Positions 10,174 to 21,349 of a stretch of 64,000 bases of DNA are shown piece by piece. The stretch lies in assembly GCA_963662465.1 (NCBI GenBank), contig OY759599.1, positions 2,496,001 through 2,560,000 of the forward strand. Reading direction: 5' to 3'. Below the pieces are notes generated by a model, which saw only the letters and a program-made list of their open reading frames with translations, was not told the origin of the DNA and did not search any database. The stretch is from Desulfatiglandales bacterium. Lineage in GTDB: Bacteria; Desulfobacterota; DSM-4660; Desulfatiglandales; Desulfatiglandaceae. The position numbers and the translations under genes were made by a program. Position 1 is the stretch's first letter. Every line of letters begins with the position of its first letter.

Positions 10174-11132
10174 ATAAGGCTCGAAATGATGGACGTTTGT
10201 TATCGGCTTTTATGAGATGCGGGTACGAATGTTTGGAGGATGTTGTCGGAACGGTTCTTCGGCGGAAACTGAAAATAGGAACGATCGTCGTTGTTCAAAC
10301 GCATGGTCGATCCGGTCATTATAATCCGCATTTGCATATCATCATGACAAGCGGTGGGATAAATGAAGATCTGTGCGGTTGGTTTGATTTAAGGTTCTTC
10401 AAGTATGAGATTATACATAAGAAATGGCAGTATCATCTATTCAGAATGCTCAAGTCCCATTTTAACAGCAGTGCGGTCGATAAACTTATTGATGAGCTGT
10501 GGAAAAAATACCCTAAAGGTTTGGTAGCCAATGTGAGCAAGGGTAATGTTCCTGAGACATGTGGGGGTCTGGCGCGATATTTGGCGAAATATGTTGCATC
10601 TCCTCCGATAGCTCTGAGACGGATAATCAGTTATGATGGCCAATATGTTACCTATTGGTACAATGATCACATGACAAAATCCAGGAAGGTTGAAACCGTG
10701 GAAGTGGATGTTTTTATCGGTCGAATGGTTCAACACATAATGCCCAAAGGGTTCCAGCGGGTTCGTTATTATGGGCTACAGGCTACGAAAACTTTTAAGA
10801 AATGGTCGGAAGTAATACGGAAAGGGATGAAGGCTTTGGGGCGTGGGATTAAAAGAACGTATCAAGTCGTAAAAGCGAAAAGATATCGAGAACGTTATAA
10901 GGAGATCAGCTCTCAAGATCCTTTTTTGTGTCGTTATTGTGGCCATGAAATGGTGCTATGGAAGATATGGCATCCAAAATATGGAGTTTTATATGACGAA
11001 TATGAAAACATCAAAAACGACAGGTACGGCACGGTTACAGGACAAAATGACAGCGGGGGTGGAAGGCGAGGACTTCCCGTTCGGCCCTCCTCCGGAGGAA
11101 TATCCTTACCGTTGTTCCCATTGCCGGCATGA
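10174..11132 (+). pseudogene. IS91-family transposase, catalytic part
   Basis: HUH motif NPHLH, Y2 motif YLAKY, PKGFQRVRYYG. Confidence 0.9.
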
Positions 11133-11283
11133 AATGAAGGTAAATGAAGCGATAATAGACGTCGAGATTGCAAAAGCAGAATATGAAGGAAGGAATGTGG
11201 AAGGCTTTATGCCCATTCTCGGTTGCCCTCAGTGCAATCGAGAAACAATGAAATATGCGCAAGGTAGAAAGCCCGCGCGTTAG
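11047..11283 (+). CDS. Small putative zinc-ribbon protein overlapping the IS91 tnp 3' end
   Basis: CSHC and CPQC pairs in 78 aa; stop codon lies in the ter-like hairpin. Confidence 0.45.
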   Translation: MTAGVEGEDFPFGPPPEEYPYRCSHCRHEMKVNEAIIDVEIAKAEYEGRNVEGFMPILGCPQCNRETMKYAQGRKPAR

Positions 11284-11295
11284 CGCGCTAAGTTC

Positions 11296-11854
11296 ATCCC
11301 CTGTTGCCACCCAGCGGGATACACATAGGTATACCAATCCAGGGGCTGATCAAAAGGCGTTTTGACGGCGATCCACCAATCTGCATTTTGACCTGCTTTG
11401 CTTTCCGGATCAAGGCTGATGGTGATGGATACCAGAGTGCCTGGCGGAACGACAATCGGTCCATCCGAGCCGTTGGCCTTAATGTCTAACGCGGGAATAA
11501 CAGGCTCGTTGATCGTAAAGGTGCGAAAATCGGAACACCTGAAATTGTTCGAATTTGTTCCACCGATTCCGGCGGGACCATACACGTTCACCCGCCACTT
11601 ATAAGAACTTCCGGTTGGTAAATTGAGGCCTGTGGGAAGGGTAAACGATGTCTCCCCACTATAGGGGGAATCATACCATCTGATTCCCGTAGTGTAATCC
11701 GTTATGCGCACTGAATAGCGGTAGCTCCCATCTCCCGGATCCCCTGTTACCCTGGCCCAGCTGAAAGAAGGGGTGAGTGTGTCAAAATACGCGTTGTCGG
11801 CAGGGACGCGGGAATCCGTTGAAAAGTCCGGCACGGGATTGTAGGCGTAATTTA
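11296..11854 (-). pseudogene. Internal fragment of an exported/surface protein gene carried beyond the IS91 ter-like end
   Basis: Frame open at both junctions; fibronectin-III-like stretch TPSFSW...YKWRVNV; lies inside the IS1634 gene. Confidence 0.7.
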
Positions 11855-12218
11855 ATCTTCCCTTTTGACGTAAAACGGGGCGATGTTTAGCCTACTTTTC
11901 AGCCGGTTAAATATTCGTTCAACCCGGTATTGTTTTCGATAAGACCTAACTACATCGATAAAATCAAGTCGCTCCCTTGATACATCTGTAACATAGGCCT
12001 TCCACCCATACTTCTTCTTCTCCGCATCTATTGCTTCTTTAATCCGTGTCACTTTTGTTATTTGATAACGTATTTTTTCTTCAATCTTTTTCTCTCTTTT
12101 GACACTCCCTCTACCTTTACCAATATATTTCGTTTTACTTTCTACTTCCCGCACATATTCATATTTGAGGAAATCTTTCACCCTATGTTTTTTCAAAATC
12201 GATTTTGCTGATTCTATT
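11855..12218 (-). pseudogene. IS1634 transposase, middle piece
   Basis: GWKAYVTD...YRKQYRVERIFNRLKS catalytic-E region. Confidence 0.85.
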
Positions 12219-12226
12219 AATTTTTC

Positions 12227-14232
12227 CGCATAAGTCTAAATGTTGTGGGGTTGTATAACCCATCAAAATTAAAAGGCGTTTTCGGTAAACAAGAATGCAT
12301 TATGAACATTCATAACTTGAATCCAAGGTAAGTCAAATGTTTGGCCGTTGGCTAATTCAAAGGGACTTTTATGAGCATTTTTTGCGCCAGGTAAAAATGG
12401 GACAAAATTCCTGATAGTCGCATGTGCTCGAAAGAAAAGACTTGCCCATTTCTTATCTCGAAAACTCTCAATTTGTTTTAGTTTACGTTTGATTCCTTTT
12501 AAATAATTGTCAACAATGGAGGTTGTTTGTTTTATCCCATTTCTATTTTTATGAGAGGTATAATGAGTGGCATTTTCTTTTAATTCTACTACCCTCTTTT
12601 TTAGTAATGGATGAGAAAATGCATCGTCATCTAATGCCTTAATCTTTACTTCCAAGTTAACTTTAGATGTGGATGTTTTCAAAACTTTCTTAAATTTTTT
12701 ATAAAGCTTGTCCACTTCTTGGTCGGTACATTTTGATTCTTTTTGATATTTTGATAGTGCATCGTAGAAGTTTTTCAAACAATGACGATGGCAATATCCG
12801 ACCCAAATGTTATGGAATACGGTCTTGATAGCATTGGTTGAGGCTTTCCACTTATCTTTTGTTACACCAAGGATTTTGAAGTCGATTTTTTGCAAAAAAT
12901 CCTCAAATGAACCGCACAGGTTTTCTTCATCAACATGATCAACATAATCGGAGTGCCATACTAATAAATTTTCAGGATCGACCATAACTACAGAATAAGT
13001 TCTTAAATTTGGTTCTTTTTCAAAGCCCTCATCTTCCTGTAGATATCCTGAGCCTTTCACTCCTGCTCTTGTTAGTATTGTTGCAGGATGAAGTGTTCCT
13101 GCCCATCGATTCCAGTTCAAGATGGTCTGTTTGCTTTTGACACTTTTTTTGCCAATAATTTTAAGGCTTTCGATGGCTCCTTGAATGCTCGCATTAAAAC
13201 GGTACATATTCCGAAATACGTGCCCAATAATCTCTATACCAAAATTCTTTTCCCTTGGGAGAAAGCTGGGAACAAGAGAGAACTTTTGTTTGCACTTCCG
13301 GCATTGTATCATGCGGATTGGGAATGTCTGTTGTTCTCCTCCATTCATTATTGTTTTTCGAGGATTCCCGCGGAAACCAGATAAAATATATTCTTTAGGT
13401 CCAGAACATGTTGAATTATGGCCTGTGTGGTGATCATATTTATCGAGTTTATCTAATACTTCAATGCGAAACTTCTTACTATCTTTTACGAGAGCATGAT
13501 AGCTTTCGGTGTTATTATAAGGAAAGATATATGTTTGATTTCCTCGTTTAGAAACAAGGTCTTCCATTTTCTTTTTTACATTTTCGATTATGGATTTATC
13601 AAAAGATTTTAACATCCCTATCTCAAATGCAATACTGATTGTACTATCACGACTTTTTACATTATTCAATTTTTTAGTAATATTACTTATCATTGAACGA
13701 ATTGAATAAAAGATTCTAATTTTCTGTCGATCCCGTTGTGTTTTTGGAATGCTTTTTTTCCCTTTTATTGGCTTACAAATATCCCATAATTGACTTATTA
13801 ACCTACCAAGTTCATCAATAAGAGCAGACAATGTTACATAAAAATATTGCAATGATTGAAACATCTCCCTTTCATTGATCCATGATCTGATGGCATTAAT
13901 GCATTTCTCAATTTCAAAGAAAATCTCAGGATACTGTTTTGGATCGTAATAACATTGTCTTGCAAGTCTGTTTTGAGCTTTGTCCAACATTGTCAAAGCT
14001 CTCTTAATATTATTAATCATGTGTAACCTCTCTAATTTAACATAGACTGTTGCACTATGATTATGCACACTTATCAAAAAAAGTCCCTAACTTTTTTCCG
14101 CTAAGGCGAATTCAGGAAAAAATGTTTGGCCTCACGAAATGCGCTTTGATTAGGATATTGATTCGGAACCGTTTAACAGATGAAATAATTTCAATATGTT
14201 AGAGTAAACCCCACAACATTTAGACTTATGCG
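12227..14232 (-). mobile_element. IS-X copy 2, intact 2006 bp
   Basis: 26-bp perfect IRs; 8-bp target duplication AATTTTTC (12219-12226 and 14233-14240). Confidence 0.95.
12269..14077 (-). CDS. IS-X transposase (Mutator/IS256-like, CxxH motif)
   Basis: LQEDEGF, VTKDKW, YCHRH, TTSIVDNY; sole long ORF of the element; alternative ATG at 14020. Confidence 0.75.
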   Translation of the reverse strand: MISVHNHSATVYVKLERLHMINNIKRALTMLDKAQNRLARQCYYDPKQYPEIFFEIEKCINAIRSWINEREMFQSLQYFYVTLSALIDELGRLISQLWDICKPIKGKKSIPKTQRDRQKIRIFYSIRSMISNITKKLNNVKSRDSTISIAFEIGMLKSFDKSIIENVKKKMEDLVSKRGNQTYIFPYNNTESYHALVKDSKKFRIEVLDKLDKYDHHTGHNSTCSGPKEYILSGFRGNPRKTIMNGGEQQTFPIRMIQCRKCKQKFSLVPSFLPREKNFGIEIIGHVFRNMYRFNASIQGAIESLKIIGKKSVKSKQTILNWNRWAGTLHPATILTRAGVKGSGYLQEDEGFEKEPNLRTYSVVMVDPENLLVWHSDYVDHVDEENLCGSFEDFLQKIDFKILGVTKDKWKASTNAIKTVFHNIWVGYCHRHCLKNFYDALSKYQKESKCTDQEVDKLYKKFKKVLKTSTSKVNLEVKIKALDDDAFSHPLLKKRVVELKENATHYTSHKNRNGIKQTTSIVDNYLKGIKRKLKQIESFRDKKWASLFFRAHATIRNFVPFLPGAKNAHKSPFELANGQTFDLPWIQVMNVHNAFLFTENAF

Positions 14233-15653
14233 AATTTTTCTCTTTCTTTGATCTGCCTTTTCCCCGGGCCTCTTGGTGGTGTCAGAGCATATAATTTTTC
14301 CTCGGCGCTTTTAAGCCGTCGTTCCAATCCCAGTTCTTTTTGCTTTTCATACGCTGGTGATTTTACAATCAATACGCGTTCCTTCCATTTCAGCACTTTT
14401 CCATTTATTTCACCAGATTGGTTACGCTCTATCTCATACCCTTTTGCTTTCAGTTCCTCTTGACCTTTATCGTCTTGGACGATGTACTTTATCAACTCGT
14501 TCTTTTTGTCTTTCAAATTTCCTTCATCTATCCATTTCTCCATATATTCTGGGGTTTTCCCAGTATTAGGCAATGGACATAAATAATGTCCTTCCGCTTT
14601 TTCCTTAATGTGTAAACGATTTTCAAGAGAACTCAGTTTGCAATCGCCCACATAAAGGACACCTTGTTTCTGGAGCATAGAGTGAATGCGACTTATGATA
14701 GGTGCATACAATTTGTCATCGGCCATTTGCCCTGGAACAACATCCGTGGCTAACGGCATCCCAAGAGGATCCAGCGAACCCGTCATGATTTTTATTTGCG
14801 GTCTATTGGGGTCGTCTTTACTAACACCAAATTGGAATATCCCACCTTCAACTGTTTTGTGGTAGCCGGATACAGTCGTAGCATCAACCCTGACAGTTTC
14901 TTCCGGCAACTCATATGCTTCAATCGTATTGCCACTTATTCTCTCTTCAACTTTTCTCCAAATATCATTATCGCTTAAATACCTGGCAAGATTAGCTAAA
15001 CGATCGTCTGTAAAATCATTTTCGGAGATTATCAATCCTGTTAATTCGATTAAGGTATGCCGCATTCCAGATACATATTCCCGAACAACTACTTTGCGAT
15101 GGTCTCCCTCCGATAACATATATGCCAACCATATAACAGCCGTCCATCCCCAGCTCAAATCTCTTTGGTTCTTTTGAATTGGGATTTGTTGGTCTATAGC
15201 TTCTTGTATACCCATTTTCACCATGGCCTTTATCAATAGGGGTATATCGTCAACTCTTTCTGCTGTAACGTTAATCTTTTTGACCTTTTTCCTTTTGTTT
15301 GCAATGTGAGAGGCGCCATTATCCGATGATAGATTTACCTCACGCTTTTTCTTAGCAGTTTTCGTTTTATTTGATTTTTGCTTTTTTTTTCGTTTCCTTA
15401 CAGGTGCTGATTTTTTACCTTCTTCCAACCTGTTTCGTTGAAGCTTTGGGATTTTCTGCCGATCATTCTTCTGACCGAAAGGTCTGGGTTGATTTTCAGA
15501 TTGACCGGTTTGTTGATTTGATGATGCACCGGCATTTATATTATTTCCAGTACCTGCTGAAATAGGTGATGCCTGCACCTTTGAAAAACTGCAAAACCAA
15601 ACCAAAAAACACACTGATGCGAAAATGAACACATGCGTCACATGTCGGTTCAT
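14233..15653 (-). pseudogene. IS1634 transposase, N-terminal piece with a long extension
   Basis: ERVDDIPLL, VRVDATT, GVSKDDPNRPQIK, YVGDCKL; the three pieces total 2100 nt (699 aa). Confidence 0.85.
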
Positions 15654-16631
15654 ATAGTTCCCCTGTTATTTCAAGTGGTTGTAATGTTGGGAAACTAATA
15701 TAATACAAACAGCTGTGAATGTCCATCGTTATTCCAGCATGTTATCGTATTGTTTTTGAATCCATTAAAAAATAATAATAGCTATGAATTACGACAATTT
15801 CAAATCAATCTATCAAGGCGCTCGTTCCTGTTCCCCTTATGGGCCTGTATCCTTACCGGGGATGTACTACCAATGCCTCTGATATCGCATTTTATCGTGG
15901 AGATGTTGTTCCGCCAAGTGAGTGCTGCCTGCCTCCTCGGCAAAATTTGCAGAACTTATTTTTAAAACGCGAACGATAAGATAAGAGCAGACAATGTTAC
16001 ATAAAAATATTGCAATGATTGAAACATCTCCCTTTCATTGATCCATGATCTGATGGCATTAATGCATTTCTCAATTTCAAAGAAAATCTCAGGATACTGT
16101 TTTGGATCGTAATAACATTGTCTTGCAAGTCTGTTTTGAGCTTTGTCCAACATTGTCAAAGCTCTCTTAATATTATTAATCATGTGCAACCTCTCTAATT
16201 TAACATAGACTGTTGCACTATGATTATGCACACTTATCAAAAAAAGTCCCTAACTTTTTTCCGCTAAGGCGAATTCAGGAAAAAATGTTTGGCCTCACGA
16301 AATGCGCTTTGATTAGGATATTGATTCGGAACCGTTTAACAGATGAAATAATTTCAATATGTTAGAGTAAACCCCACAACATTTAGACTTATGCGCAAAA
16401 TTGGATAGGGATACAATCGTTTCAGGTAAGAAAACCATGCCTTGAAACAGAATTAAACAGTCTTAGTTTTTGCCTATAGAATAATATAAACCGTTGTATT
16501 TGACGGTGAAATGTCCATTTTTAGGTCCTAAAATAGACTGAAATAACGAGGCCTATACAACTGACTTCATTGCAAAATTTTTTCTATCCACATCATACAT
16601 AAAGCAAGAAGAACAAAACCGAACCAATACC

Positions 16632-17304
16632 GATTCCTTCGCTCCCAACGTACGACCAAGCGCACGGGAATCATACCCCTTATCGGCTTGTAATGCACCG
16701 GGCCGTTTTTTGGGTCTTCCGACACTGCCTGTATGGATATTCACATAATCCAGTAATATATCGACCTGCTCCCGTTCACTTTCAGCGGCGCGGTTGATTT
16801 CAGACCGAACGGCATGCCGTTTCCATCAATAAGACAGTGGAGAGTAACTCCCTTGCCTTTGTAGCCATATTGTACATCTTCACCTCCCCCCTTACCCGCA
16901 ACAAAAGAACCGTCTATAGAAGCACGTTCCCAATTGATTAATCCGGATGATTCGGCAATAGCGATTACGTGGAACAGTATCTTTTCCCAAGTTCCGTCAG
17001 CCTGCCATTTACCGAGCCAGTCATGAGCAGTGGATTTTGGAGCCCACTGCACCCCCTTTGGAACATTGATCCACTTGGCTCCGTTAAGTAAAATCCAAAT
17101 GATCGTATTCAGCACTTTGATAAATTCAGCATACGGCCTGCACCGTCCGGTTTGTTGAGACGGAAGAAAGGGTTCAAAAACTTCATACTGAGCCTGAGCG
17201 AGTCCTTCGAATCTTTTCTGCATGGTTAAGTTCCTCCTTTGAATCAATATAATACATCGATTTTTAAAAGGAAGTTAACCGAAAATTATTTTTCGGATAG
17301 ATTC
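16632..17304 (-). pseudogene. IS5-family transposase remnant, frameshifted and 3'-truncated
   Basis: IIWILLNGAKW..P...PKSTAH, ASIDGS, LQADKGYDS spread over two frames; boundaries approximate. Confidence 0.75.
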
Positions 17305-17360
17305 AAAGTTTTAACGATATAACTTTATTCACCAATAAATCCAAGGGGGAAATATTTCCA

Positions 17361-17631
17361 GTGCAGTCACAAATAGATGAACATAAAACTGACTCTCCTG
17401 TGCCTTTTATGCATGAAACTGAAATAAAAGCAATATGTTGCTGCTTTAAGATATTCCATAAACCTATTAATGTGCTTGAATGGGGTTCCGGAAATAGTAC
17501 AACATATTTTTCAGAATATTTGCCAGGAGGTAGCGAGTGGCACTCTGTTGAACATAATCCGAAATGGGTGGCACATGTTCAGTCTTTAATAGATAAATTA
17601 GGATGTCAAAACATTCACCTTCATTATCTTT
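17361..17631 (+). pseudogene. 5' part of a two-domain SAM methyltransferase gene interrupted by an IS
   Basis: VLEWGSGNST motif; rejoins in frame at 20257 (HYLSCIGEFQ...NYVFFP). Confidence 0.85.
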
Positions 17632-20250
17632 CAGACATCATAGTAAATGACGTTTTTTCTCAATTCAAATTGTGCATTTAGTTCAACAGCGGCCTTGATC
17701 ATTGTTTCGGCCATTAGGGCGAAAGACCCTTTTTTTAAACTGGGCGCCCCTACATGTGGTCGAAACACGATACCCTGTAGGATGCCTGAAACGATGATCA
17801 AGGCTTTAACAGCAATAACCCACTTGAGGGATTGAGGAGATGCGAAAATAAAGGTCGAACTCCATGCGACCTCTCAATTTGGGCGACATAGTGTTTATCA
17901 GATGGCAAAATCTTGTTGCTGCCTTCCGATGCTTTTTGTCCTCTATCCAATCTAAAAGCACAACAAGTGTTTTCCCGACTAATTTCACATAACCAGGGAG
18001 TTTTGTGACCTTTGTCAGGATCTGTTTCACATCCCGCGGATCATCATAACATGAACGGAACAGGCCAACCAGATGCTCGCGTGAGTGAAAGGCAATCATT
18101 TGTATCAGGTCGTAGAGCTTCTTTTTCTCCAGATCTGCCTTGTTCATTGGTCTGCCTTTCAGCACTTCAATTATCGATACTTTGTCAGGCATTTCTTTTA
18201 AGGCTGCCTGAAAGCCGTCAAGCTCTTTGTCGTATTTCTCTATCTCTTCCTGGAGCGTGTTTAGCTTTTTTTTAAGACGAAGATCTTTTCGTGCTTCTAT
18301 TTTGGACTCTGTTTGTTGTTTTGCAAGCGCCAATTGCCCCATCTTTTGTTTAATTCCCTTGATCGTCTTTTTGATTGTTTTTACCTCAGGATTATCTACG
18401 AGGGGCTGTTCTTCAAGTTCTTTAAGATCATAGCCGGGATGATAATTGAAGTTGTACAGGGACATCATCTCTTTGAAAAAGTTTTCAGACTCTCCCCATC
18501 GTGAAAGCATATATGCAGCAATATCAGGAGCAGGCTTTTGATGATTGCTGGTATATATTGCTACAGGTCTATCCTTGTCCAATTCCTTGAAAACAACCAT
18601 ACGTACTTCTGTCGAAGTTGCCTCTGTTCGGCCTTCTTTGGCAGCTGTAGAAATCGATTCACGAATCAGTTTTGTTTTCTCGGCAATGTGATATCTTTTC
18701 CCATTAAACATCAAGCAGCTCGTATATTCCAAGTCTTTAAATTCGTCTTTTTTCACATACCTGGCCCACGTAATAAAGTCAGCCCTTGTCGATAATTGAC
18801 TGAAAAAGTGAACACCATAACCACCGCGATCAAAAACCACAATGGGGCGGTCGACACCCAGGCTGATTATCTTGTCGGCCGCTCTTATGATGATCGGCCT
18901 GAAATCGATATCACACCCTTCGGTAATTGAAAAGAAAGGCTTCCCGTCAAGGTCGCTGACAACATAAATTTCGTTTCCTTTCATTACAATTCGTCTCACG
19001 GTATGGTAGCCTTTGGACAGAACCTTGAGGCCATAATAGGGAAGGAAGTGTCCATCGATAAAAAACACCTCCGGGTTGATGAATCCCAATGATAGAAATA
19101 GGTTTGCAAAATAATCTATCAAGCTCTCTGAGGGCTTGAACTCGGCCATCTGTTTTAAACGCAACCGAATAGTGGTCTCATCGGGGGAACTGGTTCGTCC
19201 CAGCAAAAGCCCCATGTCCCTACTGTTGACCAGCTTATGGGATTCGATAGATGGCAACCCGATGTTCAACCCGAAAAGGACAGTCTCCATCACTTCATAA
19301 TCATTATACGTATTATTGACAGAAGAAGGTGAATCAAAGGCATTCGGGAAATTGATACGATCTAAAAACAGATGGTGAAAAAGCATACCGGCAAAGACAT
19401 TGCGTTGTCCTTGTTGAAGATGATCCAGGAATACTTTATCTGTATCGGTTTGTGGTTTGGGTGTATCCTCATCAGCGAATTCATCTACCTTCTTTTTGAA
19501 TTCAGGATCAGCCTCAAAGTTGAAAGAAAGCTGTCGCTCGTCGTGTTGCTTCAGATCAATACTATCCGCAATTTTAGCCAGTTGCTCCAAGTCATGCTTT
19601 GTAGGCTTTTCAGTTTCTGCATCTTGATCTGCGGTTCTGATACGAGCTACAGCACTTCTGGAAATAGTCGTTTCAGTTTGTTTTTCCGCAGCATTTGCAA
19701 TCTGCTGGTCAGTCCAGTCAGGATTCTCGCGGATAAGTTTCTTGATGGTTTTGCGAATGCTGCCAATATATTTCCAGGGAGCCTTGGGGCCACGGTTGTC
19801 CTCAAATATGGCCTCAACACCTAAAAGCCTTTTGGTGCGAAGCAGTTTGCCAACCGTATTGCGGTGAAACCCACAGATTTTACCGGCAAGCCGGTTTTTA
19901 CAATAAGCAAGCTCGACAAGTTGTACGGCAGCGAGTCTCCTATCATTTATCTTCCCAGGATCGAAACTAACGACAGGACGATACTCATGATAAACCGTAA
20001 CAGTGATTTTTTCCTTCCAATCCCGCTCAGTCCATACGGATAGGTCGCTGATTTTTTCTGTTTTGACAATCATGGTCTGAAGATAATTTTTCAGTTTTCA
20101 TTTGTCAAGAAAAAATATGTTTTAGCCAATTCAATGTTTTCAGTAGGTTACGCTGAGCTAAAATCTGAAATGCACACGAAATTATGAGAAACTCCCGTAT
20201 AACGATTTCAAACAGTTAGGTTGTACAACGGTCATTTACCAGGAACTCTG
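17632..20250 (-). mobile_element. 2619-bp IS with a large IS4-superfamily-like transposase
   Basis: Imperfect 20-bp IR CAGACATCATAGTAAATGAC / CAGAGTTCCTGGTAAATGAC; 6-bp target duplication ATCTTT. Confidence 0.9.
17806..20073 (-). CDS. DDE transposase, 755 aa
   Basis: FFIDGH, VVFDRGG, SRWGESENFFK motifs. Confidence 0.8.
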   Translation of the reverse strand: MIVKTEKISDLSVWTERDWKEKITVTVYHEYRPVVSFDPGKINDRRLAAVQLVELAYCKNRLAGKICGFHRNTVGKLLRTKRLLGVEAIFEDNRGPKAPWKYIGSIRKTIKKLIRENPDWTDQQIANAAEKQTETTISRSAVARIRTADQDAETEKPTKHDLEQLAKIADSIDLKQHDERQLSFNFEADPEFKKKVDEFADEDTPKPQTDTDKVFLDHLQQGQRNVFAGMLFHHLFLDRINFPNAFDSPSSVNNTYNDYEVMETVLFGLNIGLPSIESHKLVNSRDMGLLLGRTSSPDETTIRLRLKQMAEFKPSESLIDYFANLFLSLGFINPEVFFIDGHFLPYYGLKVLSKGYHTVRRIVMKGNEIYVVSDLDGKPFFSITEGCDIDFRPIIIRAADKIISLGVDRPIVVFDRGGYGVHFFSQLSTRADFITWARYVKKDEFKDLEYTSCLMFNGKRYHIAEKTKLIRESISTAAKEGRTEATSTEVRMVVFKELDKDRPVAIYTSNHQKPAPDIAAYMLSRWGESENFFKEMMSLYNFNYHPGYDLKELEEQPLVDNPEVKTIKKTIKGIKQKMGQLALAKQQTESKIEARKDLRLKKKLNTLQEEIEKYDKELDGFQAALKEMPDKVSIIEVLKGRPMNKADLEKKKLYDLIQMIAFHSREHLVGLFRSCYDDPRDVKQILTKVTKLPGYVKLVGKTLVVLLDWIEDKKHRKAATRFCHLINTMSPKLRGRMEFDLYFRISSIPQVGYCC

Positions 20251-20256
20251 ATCTTT

Positions 20257-21341
20257 CATGTATTGGTGAATTCCAAGAGGGAAGTAGCGATGGGCATCTT
20301 GAAACTTTTCGTAATTATGTGTTTTTTCCAATAGAGCTAAAAAAGACGTTTAAGATTGTTATTGTGGATGGCCGTGCGCGGATCTATTGTCTGAAAGTTG
20401 GATGGCAACTGCTTGATAATAATGGTGTGATGATTTTGCATGATGCTCAGAGGAAACAATACAATAGCGGCATTCCTGATGAATGCTATTGGTTGAGAAC
20501 GGTAAATCCGGACGTCATTTGTGAAGACAAAATATCAACAATTTTTATTGCTAAATCTCATGATGTTATAAAAAAAATTGGAATATTGATGCGGGAAGTC
20601 CTCCCTGATTCTATCGAAATATCCAATAATCTTGACGGAAACGGTGAGGTTGAAAATGAAGGGGGGAGAATGAATAACATTAGTTCAGTACAGGGAGCAT
20701 ACGATAATCTATGGGAAGAAAAACTCAATGATCCTGCGTGGCTGAAGAATGATGGAAAAGGCCGGGTGGAATTTTGCGCTGGTTTTCTTAAAGCTCACAG
20801 TAGAATTGGCCAGGGGGCAAAAATTCTGGATATCGGTTGCGGCAGAGGGACGTTAGCTCATTATCTGGATTCCGAAGTCTGTTTGTATGGTATTGATATA
20901 AGTGAAAAAGCTATTTCAGAGACCAGGAAAGTCTATAAAAAGGCTGATGTCGTGGATCTGAACATGGAAAAACTGCCTTATGAAGATAATTTTTTTGACT
21001 GTGCAATTACCTTGGATGTTATAGAACATGTGTTTGATCCTCTATTTTTTCTAAAAGAAATTCACCGTGTATTAAAGATCGGCAGTGAGATTATTCTTAG
21101 TACGCCGAATATCTTAAATGAAAATCTTTTGAAATCTCTGGTTCATACTCGACGCTTTCCCAAGACAAGTGGTGATCCCTTTCCTTATGATGGCGGGCAT
21201 ATTCATTTTTTCACGTATCGGGACATTTTTGATCTCATGAAAAGTGTTGGTTTTAATTTTACACCCATTGGCCCATTAAAGGATGCATTTGATTATGAAT
21301 TCAAGGAACCTATGGCCTGGGTATCAGGAAAGAAAATATAG
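20257..21341 (+). pseudogene. 3' part of the methyltransferase gene; second class I MTase domain is intact from ATG 20670
   Basis: VIVDGRAR; ILDIGCGRG, LDVIEHV, ILSTPN. Confidence 0.8.
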
Positions 21342-21349
21342 GGGAGTTT

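Larger units (their letters stand above)
6874..11295 (+). mobile_element. IS91-family rolling-circle element (ori-like left end, ter-like right end)
   Basis: Follows CTTG with no target duplication; ori-like GCATAGGAATTT at 6877-6888; hairpin CGCGC-GTTA-GCGCG at 11274-11287 then GTTC at 11292-11295; 1-bp end ambiguity. Confidence 0.75.
6251..15980 (-). mobile_element. IS1634-family element (about 2735 bp net) containing further insertions
   Basis: 20-bp perfect IR CTTATCGTTCGCGTTTTAAA; 6-bp target duplication ATAAGA (6245-6250 and 15981-15986). Confidence 0.9.
4654..16395 (-). mobile_element. IS-X copy 1 (2006 bp net), split by an IS1634-family insertion
   Basis: 26-bp IR CGCATAAGTCTAAATGTTGTGGGGTT at both ends; 4654-6250 plus 15987-16395 equals the intact copy 12227-14232; no target duplication. 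Confidence 0.9.

Noticed and set aside
16396..16631. Possible end of another IS
   Set aside because: No partner IR, TSD or transposase fragment identified
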